From an uncultured bacterium (GTDB lineage: Bacteria > Patescibacteriota > Minisyncoccia > Phycocordibacterales > CAIZLB01): a stretch of DNA of 56,057 nucleotides. The stretch covers positions 1 to 56,057 of the forward strand of contig CAIJKW010000049.1 in NCBI GenBank assembly GCA_903821355.1, in the 5' to 3' direction. Under the pieces are notes generated by a model. It had not been told where the DNA came from. It saw only the letters and a program-made list of their open reading frames with translations, and did no database searches. Within the stretch, counting starts at the first letter, position 1, and each line of letters begins with the position of its first letter. This document shows, piece by piece, positions 9,707-18,977 of this stretch. A program made the position numbers and the translations under genes.

Positions 9707-9882
9707 TGTTGTTTTGTGTTTGTTTGATTTTTATTAAAAATAGGCGTATTCTTTGGCTTATACAGATACACTGTTTCAGCATCTAGATTGAGAAAATTTA
9801 AAGAATTTCCAAAGTTTTTCTATAAATCTTAATCTATCCAAAATACCAGATCCCCCACTATTATATATAATACACTTTGAAC

Positions 9883-10455
9883 ATGTTAATACCAACCGTT
9901 ATAGAAAAATCACAATTTGGCGAGAGAGCATATGATATATATTCAAGGCTACTTAGGGAAAATATCATATTTCTTGGTGGCGAAATAAATGACAATGTTG
10001 CAAATATTGTTATTGCCCAATTATTATTCTTACAAGCAGAGGATTCAAAAAAGGATATCTCTTTGTATATCAATTCACCAGGAGGATCAGTCACTTCCAT
10101 GATGGCAATGATAGACACAATGAATTACATCAAAAATGATGTTTCAACTATTTGTATTGGACAAGCAGCCTCTGCCGCATCAATGATACTTTCAGCTGGA
10201 AAAAAGGGAAAGAGGTTTGCATTAAGCAATTCAGAAATTATGATACATCAACCAATGAGTGGAACAGAGGGGCAAGTATCTGATATCGAGATTGCCGCAA
10301 GACATCTTATAAAAATGAAAGAGAAGTTGATAAAAATAATGTCAGAAAATTCTGGCCAACCAATCAAAAAAGTAGAGGCCGACATGGATAGAGACTTTTT
10401 TATGTCAGCAGAAGAAGCGAAGAAATACGGAATTATTGACAAGGTATTATCTTAA
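9883..10455 (+). CDS. clpP: ATP-dependent Clp protease proteolytic subunit
   Basis: [43 protein letters not shown]; start ATG 9883 or TTG 9877. Confidence 0.97.
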   Translation: MLIPTVIEKSQFGERAYDIYSRLLRENIIFLGGEINDNVANIVIAQLLFLQAEDSKKDISLYINSPGGSVTSMMAMIDTMNYIKNDVSTICIGQAASAASMILSAGKKGKRFALSNSEIMIHQPMSGTEGQVSDIEIAARHLIKMKEKLIKIMSENSGQPIKKVEADMDRDFFMSAEEAKKYGIIDKVLS

Positions 10456-10473
10456 CAAAATAAATAAACCGAG

Positions 10474-12027
10474 ATGATTATAAACCAAACAGAGCTCGCA
10501 TTAGCAATAATGGTGGGCGGTGTCGGTTTCGTCATTGGATATTTGATTAGAATACTAGTTGCACTAAGTACAAAAAATTCATTAGAGCTCAATGCTAAAA
10601 AGATTAAGACGGTGGCCAAAGAAGAGGCCGTTTTATTAATTTCAAAAGCACAAGAAGAAGCAATCAAGATTGTAGCTAGTTCAAAAAAAGAAATAAAAGA
10701 AAAAGAGGAAAATATTCAAAAGAACGAAGATCGACTAATAAAAAAAGAACAGTTGGTTGACAATAGATACGTAGAGCTTGAAAAAGAGCTCAGAAAAATT
10801 GAAGAAGGTATACAAAAAAATAACACAAAAAGTGAATTACTGTTGGAAAAAGAAAAAAACATAGAATCACTATTAGAGCAAAAAACCCTTGAAGTTCAAC
10901 GTATTTCCAAGTTTACAGAGGAAGAAGCAAAAATGTTTTTGTTTAATAAAATACAAAAAGATCATGAGGAAGATTTGCTAAACAGAATAAATAAATTTGA
11001 CTTGTTTGCAGAAGAAACTCTTGAGGATAAAGCGAAGGAAATATTAACGACAACCGTTCAACGTCTAGCCTCATCAGTAAATGGAGAAATGTTTTCATCG
11101 ACAGTTCCAATTTCATCGGAAGATATAAAAGGAAAAGTTATAGGAAAAGAAGGAAGAAATATTAAAACATTTGAAAAAGAAACTGGGGTTGAAGTTTTAG
11201 TCGACGAAGGGCAGGGTTACATTTCACTTTCTTGCTTTGATCCAATAAGAAGACAGGTTGCTAAAATTGCGCTTGAAGCACTGGTTGCTGATGGAAGAAT
11301 TCAACCAGCAAGAATTGAAAAGGAAGTGGAGATTGCAAGAGATCTAATAATAAAAGAAACAAAAAAGTTGGGAGATAAAGCATGTTATGAGACAGGAATA
11401 CTTGGACTTGATCCAAGAATTTCCACGATACTAGGAAGACTTCATTATAGAACGAGTTATGGACAAAATGTCTTACAGCATTCAATAGAGTGCGCACATC
11501 TTGCGGGAATGTTAGCAGAAGAATTGGGAGCTGATGTTGCAGTTGCAAAAGCTGGTGCTCTACTCCATGACATTGGAAAAGCGTTGGATCACGAGGTTGA
11601 TGGAAGCCATGTTGATATTGGAAAAAAATTGTTAGAAAAGTTTGGAGTTGATAAAAAAATAATTCAGGCGATGCAGTCACACCACGATGAATATCCTTAT
11701 GAAACCTTAGAAGCAAGGATAGTTCAGACGGCTGACGCCCTCTCAGGAGGCCGTCCAGGGGCAAGAAGTGATACTTTAGAGAACTATATCAAGAGATTAA
11801 ATGACCTTGAAGATATAGCAAATTCTTTCAGTGGAGTTGAAAAATCTTATGCACTTCAAGCCGGAAGAGAAATTAGAATTTTTGTTTCGCCAGAAAAGGT
11901 CTCGGATTATGATGCCAAAAATATGGCTAGAAATATAGCTATAAAAATAGAAAGAGAGTTAAAATATCCGGGAGAGATAAAAATAACAGTTATCAGAGAG
12001 AACAAGATAATGGAAATAGCTAGGTAA
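10474..12027 (+). CDS. rny: Ribonuclease Y
   Basis: N-terminal TM, coiled coil, KH (KGKVIGKEGRNI), HD domain (LLHDIGK), RPGAR, YALQAGREIR. Confidence 0.97.
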   Translation: MIINQTELALAIMVGGVGFVIGYLIRILVALSTKNSLELNAKKIKTVAKEEAVLLISKAQEEAIKIVASSKKEIKEKEENIQKNEDRLIKKEQLVDNRYVELEKELRKIEEGIQKNNTKSELLLEKEKNIESLLEQKTLEVQRISKFTEEEAKMFLFNKIQKDHEEDLLNRINKFDLFAEETLEDKAKEILTTTVQRLASSVNGEMFSSTVPISSEDIKGKVIGKEGRNIKTFEKETGVEVLVDEGQGYISLSCFDPIRRQVAKIALEALVADGRIQPARIEKEVEIARDLIIKETKKLGDKACYETGILGLDPRISTILGRLHYRTSYGQNVLQHSIECAHLAGMLAEELGADVAVAKAGALLHDIGKALDHEVDGSHVDIGKKLLEKFGVDKKIIQAMQSHHDEYPYETLEARIVQTADALSGGRPGARSDTLENYIKRLNDLEDIANSFSGVEKSYALQAGREIRIFVSPEKVSDYDAKNMARNIAIKIERELKYPGEIKITVIRENKIMEIAR

Positions 12028-12205
12028 ATTATAGGTTTTTTTGAGGTCGATTTCGGGCTAAAATTGACATAATTGACGAATAAGTCAAAATGTGTCAAAA
12101 CTTTTTAAAGCCTTTTATCCCTTGATTCAAAATATGGCTTAATATATAATCAATACCGAGGTTATAGCGGTCGACAATTATAAAGAAACAATTACTTCAA
12201 CAAAT

Positions 12206-12478
12206 ATGAATAAAGCAGCATTGGTTGACAAAGTAAACGACGTCCTTGGAACTACAAAAGTTCAAGCTGAGCAAATCGTTGATACCATCTTTGATGGAAT
12301 CACAGCCTCACTTAAAAAAGGAGATGAAGTTTCAGTAGCAGGTTTCGGAATCTTTTCTGCAAAGAAAAGAGCCGCACGTTCTGCACGTAATCCAAGAACA
12401 GGAGAAATCGTAAAGGTTGCAGCTATGAATGTTCCAAAGTTTAGAGCATCAAAGGCTCTTAAGGAAGCGGTTAAATAA
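12206..12478 (+). CDS. hup: DNA-binding protein HU
   Basis: MNKAALV...GFGIF...ARNPRTGE...PKFRASKALKEAV. Confidence 0.97.
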   Translation: MNKAALVDKVNDVLGTTKVQAEQIVDTIFDGITASLKKGDEVSVAGFGIFSAKKRAARSARNPRTGEIVKVAAMNVPKFRASKALKEAVK

Positions 12479-12550
12479 TTTCGGTTGCTATTTGGACTCA
12501 TGTTGTCTATCTGATAGAACCAACAAAGTCTAAATAAATAGTTTCCACTT

Positions 12551-12587
12551 AACAAAATATCTCAGCGAAAGCTGGGGTTTTTTGTTT
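12551..12587. terminator. Intrinsic terminator after HU
   Basis: CTCAGC-GAAA-GCTGGG hairpin followed by T tract. Confidence 0.75.
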
Positions 12588-12631
12588 GGATATTTATTTT
12601 TTTATCTATCATTTACACTTCTTCTGTTTTT

Positions 12632-13501
12632 TTATTTCACCACCACCGCCTGATTAGTTACACCTGGAACCGCATTTACCTGATTCATTAATTTATTTGT
12701 TGACCAATATTCAGATTTATTTCCATTAAAAGGATCGTGAATGTAAAAACCTGTTGGGTTTTCAACATCCCCAGAAAAACCAATCACAAGTCTTGCGTGC
12801 TCCCCTTTAAAGGCCGTTACCTCTCCCCCACCAGAAAGATTCCAAGTGTAAGCTGGTGCTGTTATTGAAGTGTAACCCCACAGTATCACAGGATGTCCCG
12901 CCTTTAATTCTTTAGCAAGAAATTGCGCATTTATGTTTGTTTCGTAAGAAGCATCTCTTCCGTAAGACAAGACTGCTTTCATCACCGGCTTGCCGTAAAC
13001 ACCGTACCCCTTTGTGCTACCAACAATATCTATATTTCCGACAAACATTTCTTGCGGATTGTCCCACTCGTCAAGCGTTATATCTTTATCCCTTGGGTTA
13101 TATCCAAATTTTTCCACAATATCCATATCATCCGATATTTCAATACTATAGTAAGCGAGCGCCATTCTAAGCGATGCGGCCTCACAGCTGTTTGCATATT
13201 GCTGTGAAAAATAAGGAACGTCTAGTTTAAATACTTTTTGATTTGAAACAGGGGTTAGAGCGACCGTTTTTGTGGAGGAGGTTTTATTTGAAGTAATCTT
13301 ATCTGAAGACGACGTTGTAATATCACCATCAAATGAGGGGGTTATAGAATTTTGCTTATCCGATTCAGAAGAGACGACGGAAGAGACGGTGATCAGCTCT
13401 GATTTTACCAACAGAGATGACGAAGAATTTGTATTCGCAAAATCTAGAACACCTATTATTACCAAGGCTAATCCGAGAAAGAGATAGTTTCTTATTCTCA
13501 T
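12632..13501 (-). CDS. Secreted C39-like cysteine peptidase
   Basis: Signal/TM, Ser/Thr linker, LDVPYFSQQYANSCEAAS (Q/C), EHARLVIG (H), IHDP (D); start moved to ATG 13501 because the longer ORF runs into tRNA-Gly. Confidence 0.85.
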   Translation of the reverse strand: MRIRNYLFLGLALVIIGVLDFANTNSSSSLLVKSELITVSSVVSSESDKQNSITPSFDGDITTSSSDKITSNKTSSTKTVALTPVSNQKVFKLDVPYFSQQYANSCEAASLRMALAYYSIEISDDMDIVEKFGYNPRDKDITLDEWDNPQEMFVGNIDIVGSTKGYGVYGKPVMKAVLSYGRDASYETNINAQFLAKELKAGHPVILWGYTSITAPAYTWNLSGGGEVTAFKGEHARLVIGFSGDVENPTGFYIHDPFNGNKSEYWSTNKLMNQVNAVPGVTNQAVVVK

Positions 13502-13503
13502 GA

Positions 13504-13577
13504 TGGTGCGGGATAAGGGAATCGAACCCTTGTCTACTGCTTGGAAGGCAGTCATTCTACCACTAAACCAATCCCGC
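13504..13577 (-). tRNA. tRNA-Gly(TCC), CCA encoded
   Basis: Acceptor GCGGGAT/ATCCCGC, anticodon arm ACTGC-CTTCCAA-GCAGT, T loop TTCGATT, 3' ACCA. Confidence 0.96.
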
Positions 13578-13682
13578 TTGTTTTTAAACTATATCAAATA
13601 CGGCGCAAAAGTAAATACTTTTAATTAAATGCATTAATTGTGTTAAAATGCTAAATAAGTTAAATCAATAAGAAGTTATAAA

Positions 13683-14921
13683 ATGAACAACATCGAAACT
13701 CTGCTTGGCAATTCTATATCGATAATTAAAAAAAGTTCATTATTTGTGGTTACAATTCTTAGCTTTTGGTCTGGAGCAAACAATAACGCTACAACCTCCT
13801 CAACAACAGTCTCCATTACTGAAAAAAACTCGATAGGGATACAGCATTCGGTGCAAGAAACAGCAACAAAAAATACAGATAAGATATTAAATATACTAAA
13901 AAAAGACGAGCTCAATGCGAAACCTAGTGGGACATCTAGTAAGATGATAGACCAAAACATATTCAGCGTCCCCATAAATACAGACAAGATAGTGGAAATA
14001 TCTAAAAAATTGAATCAACTCAACCTTGTTGCCCCAAATTATTCCAATCTAGATGTAAAAAATTCAAACAAAGACAGTAACAAGAATGTTGTTAATTCAA
14101 AAAATACAGTTGTACAAGATACAGAAACCCAAAATCCTGTAGTTAATAGTCTAATATCTATTACAAGACAAGGATCAGTAGAGAGCTTGGTAAACATTAG
14201 ATGTGAAAATAAAGCAAATAATACAATAAAGGTCATAACAGGAAGTGGCGTTATTATAAGCTCATCAGGTTTAATTCTGACAGCAGCCCATGTTGCAGCT
14301 CCCGTTTACTCAGAGCAAAATGGCGGTAAATACAACTGTTACGCAAGAATTAAAAACCCAGCAACGGGAAATTATCCTGTTAAGGTTGTTTTTATAAACC
14401 CAAACTGGGTCAATAAGTATTATTCAGAATTTGACAAGACATACTCTGAGACTGGAGAAAACGATATTGCTATTCTTCAAATAGATACTTCAAACAAAAA
14501 ACTTAGTAACGCTGAAATATCCGATTTAAATAATGCAACATATGCAATATTATCAACAGGTATACCAAATTTGGAGGATTCAATAGAAATTAAGTCGTAT
14601 CCGGCAGATATTTATGGAAAATCAGGCGTCTTTAGTGTCTTACCTAGAAAATCAGAAACGAACTCTATAAACAGCCTTTTTAACTTCAGTGGTGGAATAG
14701 ATAGTCCTTTTGATCTAATAGAAACAAAACCTAGCTCTCTGGGTCAACCTGGGGCTTCTGGAGGTGGTATATTCAACAATCAAGGACAGCTTGTTGGGAT
14801 AATATCTAATATGGTTTCATCAGATGTCCTATTTAAGAATAAGATAAGAGCATTATCTATCAAATACATGAATAATGAAGTTAAAAGAAACCTTGGTAAG
14901 TCTATTTTTGAACTTATCTGA
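13683..14921 (+). CDS. Membrane-anchored trypsin-like (S1) serine protease
   Basis: GSGVII...LTAAHV (His), NDIAIL (Asp), PGASGG (Ser); Asn/Ser-rich linker. Confidence 0.88.
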   Translation: MNNIETLLGNSISIIKKSSLFVVTILSFWSGANNNATTSSTTVSITEKNSIGIQHSVQETATKNTDKILNILKKDELNAKPSGTSSKMIDQNIFSVPINTDKIVEISKKLNQLNLVAPNYSNLDVKNSNKDSNKNVVNSKNTVVQDTETQNPVVNSLISITRQGSVESLVNIRCENKANNTIKVITGSGVIISSSGLILTAAHVAAPVYSEQNGGKYNCYARIKNPATGNYPVKVVFINPNWVNKYYSEFDKTYSETGENDIAILQIDTSNKKLSNAEISDLNNATYAILSTGIPNLEDSIEIKSYPADIYGKSGVFSVLPRKSETNSINSLFNFSGGIDSPFDLIETKPSSLGQPGASGGGIFNNQGQLVGIISNMVSSDVLFKNKIRALSIKYMNNEVKRNLGKSIFELI

Positions 14922-15252
14922 TTCCCCCATTATTAAACACATCCAAGACAAACTTGTTTTGAATTTTAATAACAGTATCCCAGTTATCATTTGGGGCTAA
15001 CATATTAACTTTTTCATAGCCACAAGACTCACATTTGTTTGTTACTCGATATTTATCCTTTTTAAGCTCTATATTAACAGGCTTCATTAAGCCCTGACAT
15101 TCAGAAAGTCTATCTCCTGGATTGATATCCACATGTTTACTCCACAAACAGTTAGGACAATGGTCTGTGTAACCATCTCCCTTAACCTCCGTCTTGCAGA
15201 CATCGCAAATAAAGTCTTCTTTTTTCTTCGTGAATTTTTTAGTCATGATCAT
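14914..15252 (-). CDS. RNHCP-domain zinc-binding protein
   Basis: EDFICDVC...YTDHCPNCLWSKHVDINPGDR...C..CG. Confidence 0.85.
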   Translation of the reverse strand: MIMTKKFTKKKEDFICDVCKTEVKGDGYTDHCPNCLWSKHVDINPGDRLSECQGLMKPVNIELKKDKYRVTNKCESCGYEKVNMLAPNDNWDTVIKIQNKFVLDVFNNGGIR

Positions 15253-15288
15253 AATCTGGTAATAACCCTTGTTTGGTCTGAAAAATTG

Positions 15289-15361
15289 TCGGGGCGCCGG
15301 GATTCGAACCCGGAGTCACTTGCTCCCAAAGCAAGCATGTTAGCCGTTACACCACGCCCCG
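15289..15361 (-). tRNA. tRNA-Pro(TGG), CCA not encoded
   Basis: Acceptor CGGGGCG/CGCCCCG, anticodon arm CTTGC-TTTGGGA-GCAAG, TTCGAAT; 3' ACAA. Confidence 0.96.
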
Positions 15362-15468
15362 ATTTGATGGTGTAAGCATATCACACATATTTTATTTTTG
15401 CCAACGGGCGAGTTCTCCCACCTATTTCTACCCTCAGTTGTTGATTGATCAAGGTATTTTTCAGCGCT

Positions 15469-16011
15469 TTATTCAAAAAGCGGCAACATTTTAACCTTAC
15501 AACTCAATAAATTTGATTTTGTTACACGTGAACCAGAATGGTACAAGCTTATGCACATACCTATAAATTTAAAGCTCTCTTCTCTTAAATTAAAGTCTGA
15601 GCAGTACTTGAGGGCAATCTTTTTGATTTTTCTAATCTTTTCTTTTGTTAGATTGATTTCTGGTCTAAGCCAATTCAATCCATCACTGTCTCTTATGATG
15701 CTAATTTTGGGGTTAAAAAGGTTATCATCACACTTTAGACTTTTTAAACCTGAGGGAATCTTAAGGGTTTTTACCTCAACTATGTAGTAAAAGTCATCCT
15801 TTTGGGCGATTATATCAATCTCCCCTATTTTATTTCTGTAATTTCTATCAATTATCTGAAATCCGTGCTTCTCTAAGAAAACAACAGCGATATTTTCACC
15901 CAAGTCCCCTATTTTCTTGTTTGAATCAAGGCCTGAGTCTTCATCGAATTTTACGGTTAAATCTTTTTTTATCTTTATTTTACTATCTTTTTTATGTTTT
16001 TGTGTATTCAT
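15469..16011 (-). CDS. yraN: YraN (UPF0102) family nuclease
   Basis: IGDLGENIA..FLE..GFQIIDRNYR..GEIDII...VEVKT. Confidence 0.9.
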   Translation of the reverse strand: MNTQKHKKDSKIKIKKDLTVKFDEDSGLDSNKKIGDLGENIAVVFLEKHGFQIIDRNYRNKIGEIDIIAQKDDFYYIVEVKTLKIPSGLKSLKCDDNLFNPKISIIRDSDGLNWLRPEINLTKEKIRKIKKIALKYCSDFNLREESFKFIGMCISLYHSGSRVTKSNLLSCKVKMLPLFE

Positions 16012-16232
16012 GTTTATTTTTTATTATTATTAACAAAAGTAATGATAATAAAATCATATGAAGTTTCTATAAAAAAATTATAAAGAAAAAGTAAAGATTA
16101 AATGTAAGCAAATATCTCCCTAAGGTTACATATGAAACCAACGGATTAGCCAAAAATAAGGGTTTTTCAATACATCAACCATGTTTCACGTGCCACATTT
16201 AAACCAAGGTCTAAAAGACAACATTTTGATGG

Positions 16233-16351
16233 TTATACACACATTGTGTCCTTATTTATAAGCGTTTATTCTTATAATCGTTGAAAAATAATGTTTTTAT
16301 AAAAGCCAAGCATTTATGTCTTTTATACACATATACACAGAGTTATCCACA
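16233..16351 (+). promoter_or_regulatory. DnaA-box cluster remote from dnaA
   Basis: TTATACACA 16233 and 16323, ATATACACA 16331, TTATCCACA 16343. Confidence 0.65.
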
Positions 16352-16479
16352 GTTTAGGACATTTTATAGCAGCCATTGGGGACAAGTCCTTAAGAGATTC
16401 TTTTGTCTTTCTTTCTTCATTCTCCACCTTCCTTTAGATACGATAAAAACACCTATAACCCTTCTTTTCTGTCATTTTG

Positions 16480-16550
16480 TGCGGATAGGGAGAATCGGAC
16501 TCCCGTCTCGTCCTTGGCAAGGACGCATTCTACCACTAAACCATATCCGC
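16480..16550 (-). tRNA. tRNA-Gly(GCC), CCA not encoded
   Basis: Acceptor GCGGATA/TATCCGC, anticodon arm CGTCC-TTGCCAA-GGACG, variant T loop TCCGATT. Confidence 0.94.
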
Positions 16551-16584
16551 ATTGTTTTTTTATTATAACACAAAATTATAATTG

Positions 16585-16656
16585 TGCACCCGCCAGGACT
16601 CGAACCTGGAATAACGGTTCCGAAGACCGTTGTGATATCCATTTCACCACGGGTGC
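16585..16656 (-). tRNA. tRNA-Arg(TCG), CCA not encoded
   Basis: Acceptor GCACCCG/CGGGTGC, anticodon arm ACGGT-CTTCGGA-ACCGT, TTCGAGT. Confidence 0.95.
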
Positions 16657-16739
16657 TTGGTCTTCCATTGCATAATCCGAGATACACAGTCTACATCATA
16701 GATAGCAAAAAATCAAAAGGTGTACTAATATTCTATATA

Positions 16740-18284
16740 ATGAATAAAAAAGATTTGAACAACAATTCAAAAATGACATCAAAACCTAAAAAAGGGCCTG
16801 ATAGTAAGGTTTTTAAGGAAATAGATAAAAACCTTATACCTGAACACGTTCAGGAAATAGTATCAAAACTACAAGATGCTGGTTTTTCAGCTTATTTGGT
16901 GGGAGGCTGTGTTAGAGATTTAATACTGAACAAAATACCAAAAGACTGGGATATAACAACTAGCGCCCAGCCGGAAGAGATCATTAGGATATTTGAGGAT
17001 ACCTTCTATGAAAATACCTTCGGAACAGTTGGGGTAAAGATAAAAAAAGAGTCGGGGGAGACAGAGATAGTAGAAGTTACACCTTATAGAACAGAAGGGG
17101 ATTATTCAGACGGGAGACACCCTAACTCAGTGTCTTTTAGTGACGACATTAGAGACGATCTGCTTCGCAGAGACTTTACAATGAACGCGATAGCCTATGA
17201 TTCAATAGAGGACAAGATTATAGATGAGTACGATGGATTAAAGGACATAAAGGACAAGACCATAAGAGCGGTGGGTGATCCTGTTAAAAGGTTTGCAGAA
17301 GATGGATTAAGGCTTATAAGGGCCGTGCGTTTCTCGGCCGAATTAGGTTTCATGATTAACACTGAGACTCAAAACGCCATTATTTCTGAGTCGAATAACC
17401 TTAAAAAGATTGCCGTAGAGAGAATCAGGGATGAATTTAACAAGATACTCATGTCTAACCAGCCGTCATTGGGTATAGCAATGGCTCAAAAACTAGGCTT
17501 ATTAGAGATATTTTGTCCAGAACTAGCTGAAGCGGTACACGTGAAACAGAATCAGGCTCATTCCTATGATGTTTTTGAACACTTACTAAGAAGTTGTCAG
17601 TGTGCAGCTGATAAGAACTGGCGTCTTGAAATAAGATTGGCCGCCTTATTCCACGATATCGGAAAACCTCCGACCAAAAGAGTCAATGAAACACAAGATA
17701 TCACTTTCTATGGCCACGAAGTTGTGGGGGCTAAGATGTCCAAGATTATTTTAGAGAGAATGAAGTATCCTGCAAAAACAGTTGAGGTTGTAACCAAAAT
17801 GATACGTTGGCATATGTTTTTCTCAGACACAGAGCAAATAACAGCTTCTGCAGTAAGAAGGATGATAGTTAACGTTGGCAAAGAATATATTTGGGACCTT
17901 ATTGACTTAAGGGTGTGTGACAGAGTTGGAACCGGTAGACCAAAAGAAAATCCTTACAGATTAAGGAAATATAGAGCATTAATAGAAGAGGTTATGGTAG
18001 ACCCAATAGATGTGGGGATGCTCAAAATTGATGGCAACACACTTATAAAAGACTTAAATATTCAGGTTGGACCCATAATAGGTCTAACATTAAATGCATT
18101 ACTTGAAGAAGTCTTAGAAGACCCTAAACTAAATACCGTTGAATATCTATCTGGAAGGGCGATAGAACTTTCAATGTTACCCATGAAACAATTGAAAGAT
18201 CTGGCAAATAAAGGGTTAAACAAGAAAAAAGACATGGAGGATGAGCAAATAGCCCTGATTAGGAAAAAACACGATATTAAATAG
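16740..18284 (+). CDS. cca: CCA tRNA nucleotidyltransferase with HD domain
   Basis: YLVGGCVRD..KDWD, RRDFTMNA, EDGLRLIRAVRF, ERIRDE, LFHDIGK; start moved to ATG 16740 to avoid the tRNA-Arg overlap. Confidence 0.95.
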   Translation: MNKKDLNNNSKMTSKPKKGPDSKVFKEIDKNLIPEHVQEIVSKLQDAGFSAYLVGGCVRDLILNKIPKDWDITTSAQPEEIIRIFEDTFYENTFGTVGVKIKKESGETEIVEVTPYRTEGDYSDGRHPNSVSFSDDIRDDLLRRDFTMNAIAYDSIEDKIIDEYDGLKDIKDKTIRAVGDPVKRFAEDGLRLIRAVRFSAELGFMINTETQNAIISESNNLKKIAVERIRDEFNKILMSNQPSLGIAMAQKLGLLEIFCPELAEAVHVKQNQAHSYDVFEHLLRSCQCAADKNWRLEIRLAALFHDIGKPPTKRVNETQDITFYGHEVVGAKMSKIILERMKYPAKTVEVVTKMIRWHMFFSDTEQITASAVRRMIVNVGKEYIWDLIDLRVCDRVGTGRPKENPYRLRKYRALIEEVMVDPIDVGMLKIDGNTLIKDLNIQVGPIIGLTLNALLEEVLEDPKLNTVEYLSGRAIELSMLPMKQLKDLANKGLNKKKDMEDEQIALIRKKHDIK

Positions 18285-18396
18285 GTTACACGTGCAACAT
18301 AGGTTTGATACGTGTTACATGTGTAACAACTGTGCTTACGTTAATCATCGTTCATCAAACGTTACACATGTAACATAAACAAGGCTGTATAGACGT

Positions 18397-18450
18397 AAAA
18401 CACAACAAAAAAACTGCAACAAGTGTAATGTGCAGTTTTTTTTGTGTTTT
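18397..18450. terminator. Long bidirectional terminator-like hairpin
   Basis: AAAAAAACTGCA...TGCAGTTTTTTT with extended AAAACACA/TGTGTTTT flanks. Confidence 0.7.
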
Positions 18451-18480
18451 TGTATCCTTCAGACTTAAAAAACCAGGCAT

Positions 18481-18601
18481 AAAAAGAGCCTCAGTACTGG
18501 ACGCAACAAGGTTATAGTTTGTTATGATGCGGCCGTACTAAGGCCCTCGACCGAAACTTGAGATTAAAACCCGAGACTATTCACTATACCGAAACGTGAG
18601 A
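18481..18601 (-). ncRNA. Candidate structured RNA element
   Basis: Minus strand GGGCCTTAGTACGGCCGCA...TGCGTCCAGTACTGAGGCTC stem with G-U pairs followed by TTTTT; 14-nt near-direct repeat at 18550 and 18588. Confidence 0.4.
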
Positions 18602-18977
18602 AAAATGAGACGATTGAGAAAAATTTTTATTTAATTGTATTGGTTGCCTTTGCGATTGTGGAATAAGACAGTTTGGGAACCAAGATTCTCCATTTAAAGG
18701 TGATACTCAGATAAGAGCTCACTAAGCTAGTTGTGGGAGAACAAAAAATGTCCTTTATCACCAGCCTATCCATATCACTACAGCTTCCTGAAAGAACTGT
18801 TTAACCCGATGTTGGGTTGTTCATCTGTCTTTTATTATAATCTAAATAAAGGACACGTAAAGGACACTACCAATAATTCCTGTGGATAACTTTTGCCATT
18901 CTACAAAATTTATTTAAGGGCTTTATATAAAGGACAAAATTAAAATTCGTTTTTAATATAAAAAAATGAAGAACACA

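Larger units (their letters stand above)
15520..18375. other. Cluster of six parS-like 16-bp palindromes
   Basis: TGTTACACGTGAACCA 15520, GGTTACATATGAAACC 16124, TGTTTCACGTGCCACA 16182, GGTTACACGTGCAACA 18284, TGTTACATGTGTAACA 18313, CGTTACACATGTAACA 18360; canonical parS is TGTTTCACGTGAAACA. Confidence 0.75.

Noticed and set aside
11261-11764. Long antisense ORFs here and at 27508-27906, 34705-35286, 25727-26116 and 35592-35957
   Set aside because: They lie opposite well-supported genes and show no recognisable motifs
13502-13555. N-terminal extension of the C39 peptidase ORF
   Set aside because: It lies inside tRNA-Gly(TCC)
16584-16739. N-terminal extension of cca and nearby ORFs at 16281-16687
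   Set aside because: They overlap tRNA-Arg, tRNA-Gly or the DnaA-box region; ATG 16740 is the plausible start
18520-18560. Hammerhead ribozyme-like TGATG-GGCC-loop-GGCC-GAAAC
   Set aside because: The CUGANGA core is not intact and six extra bases separate the stem from GAAA
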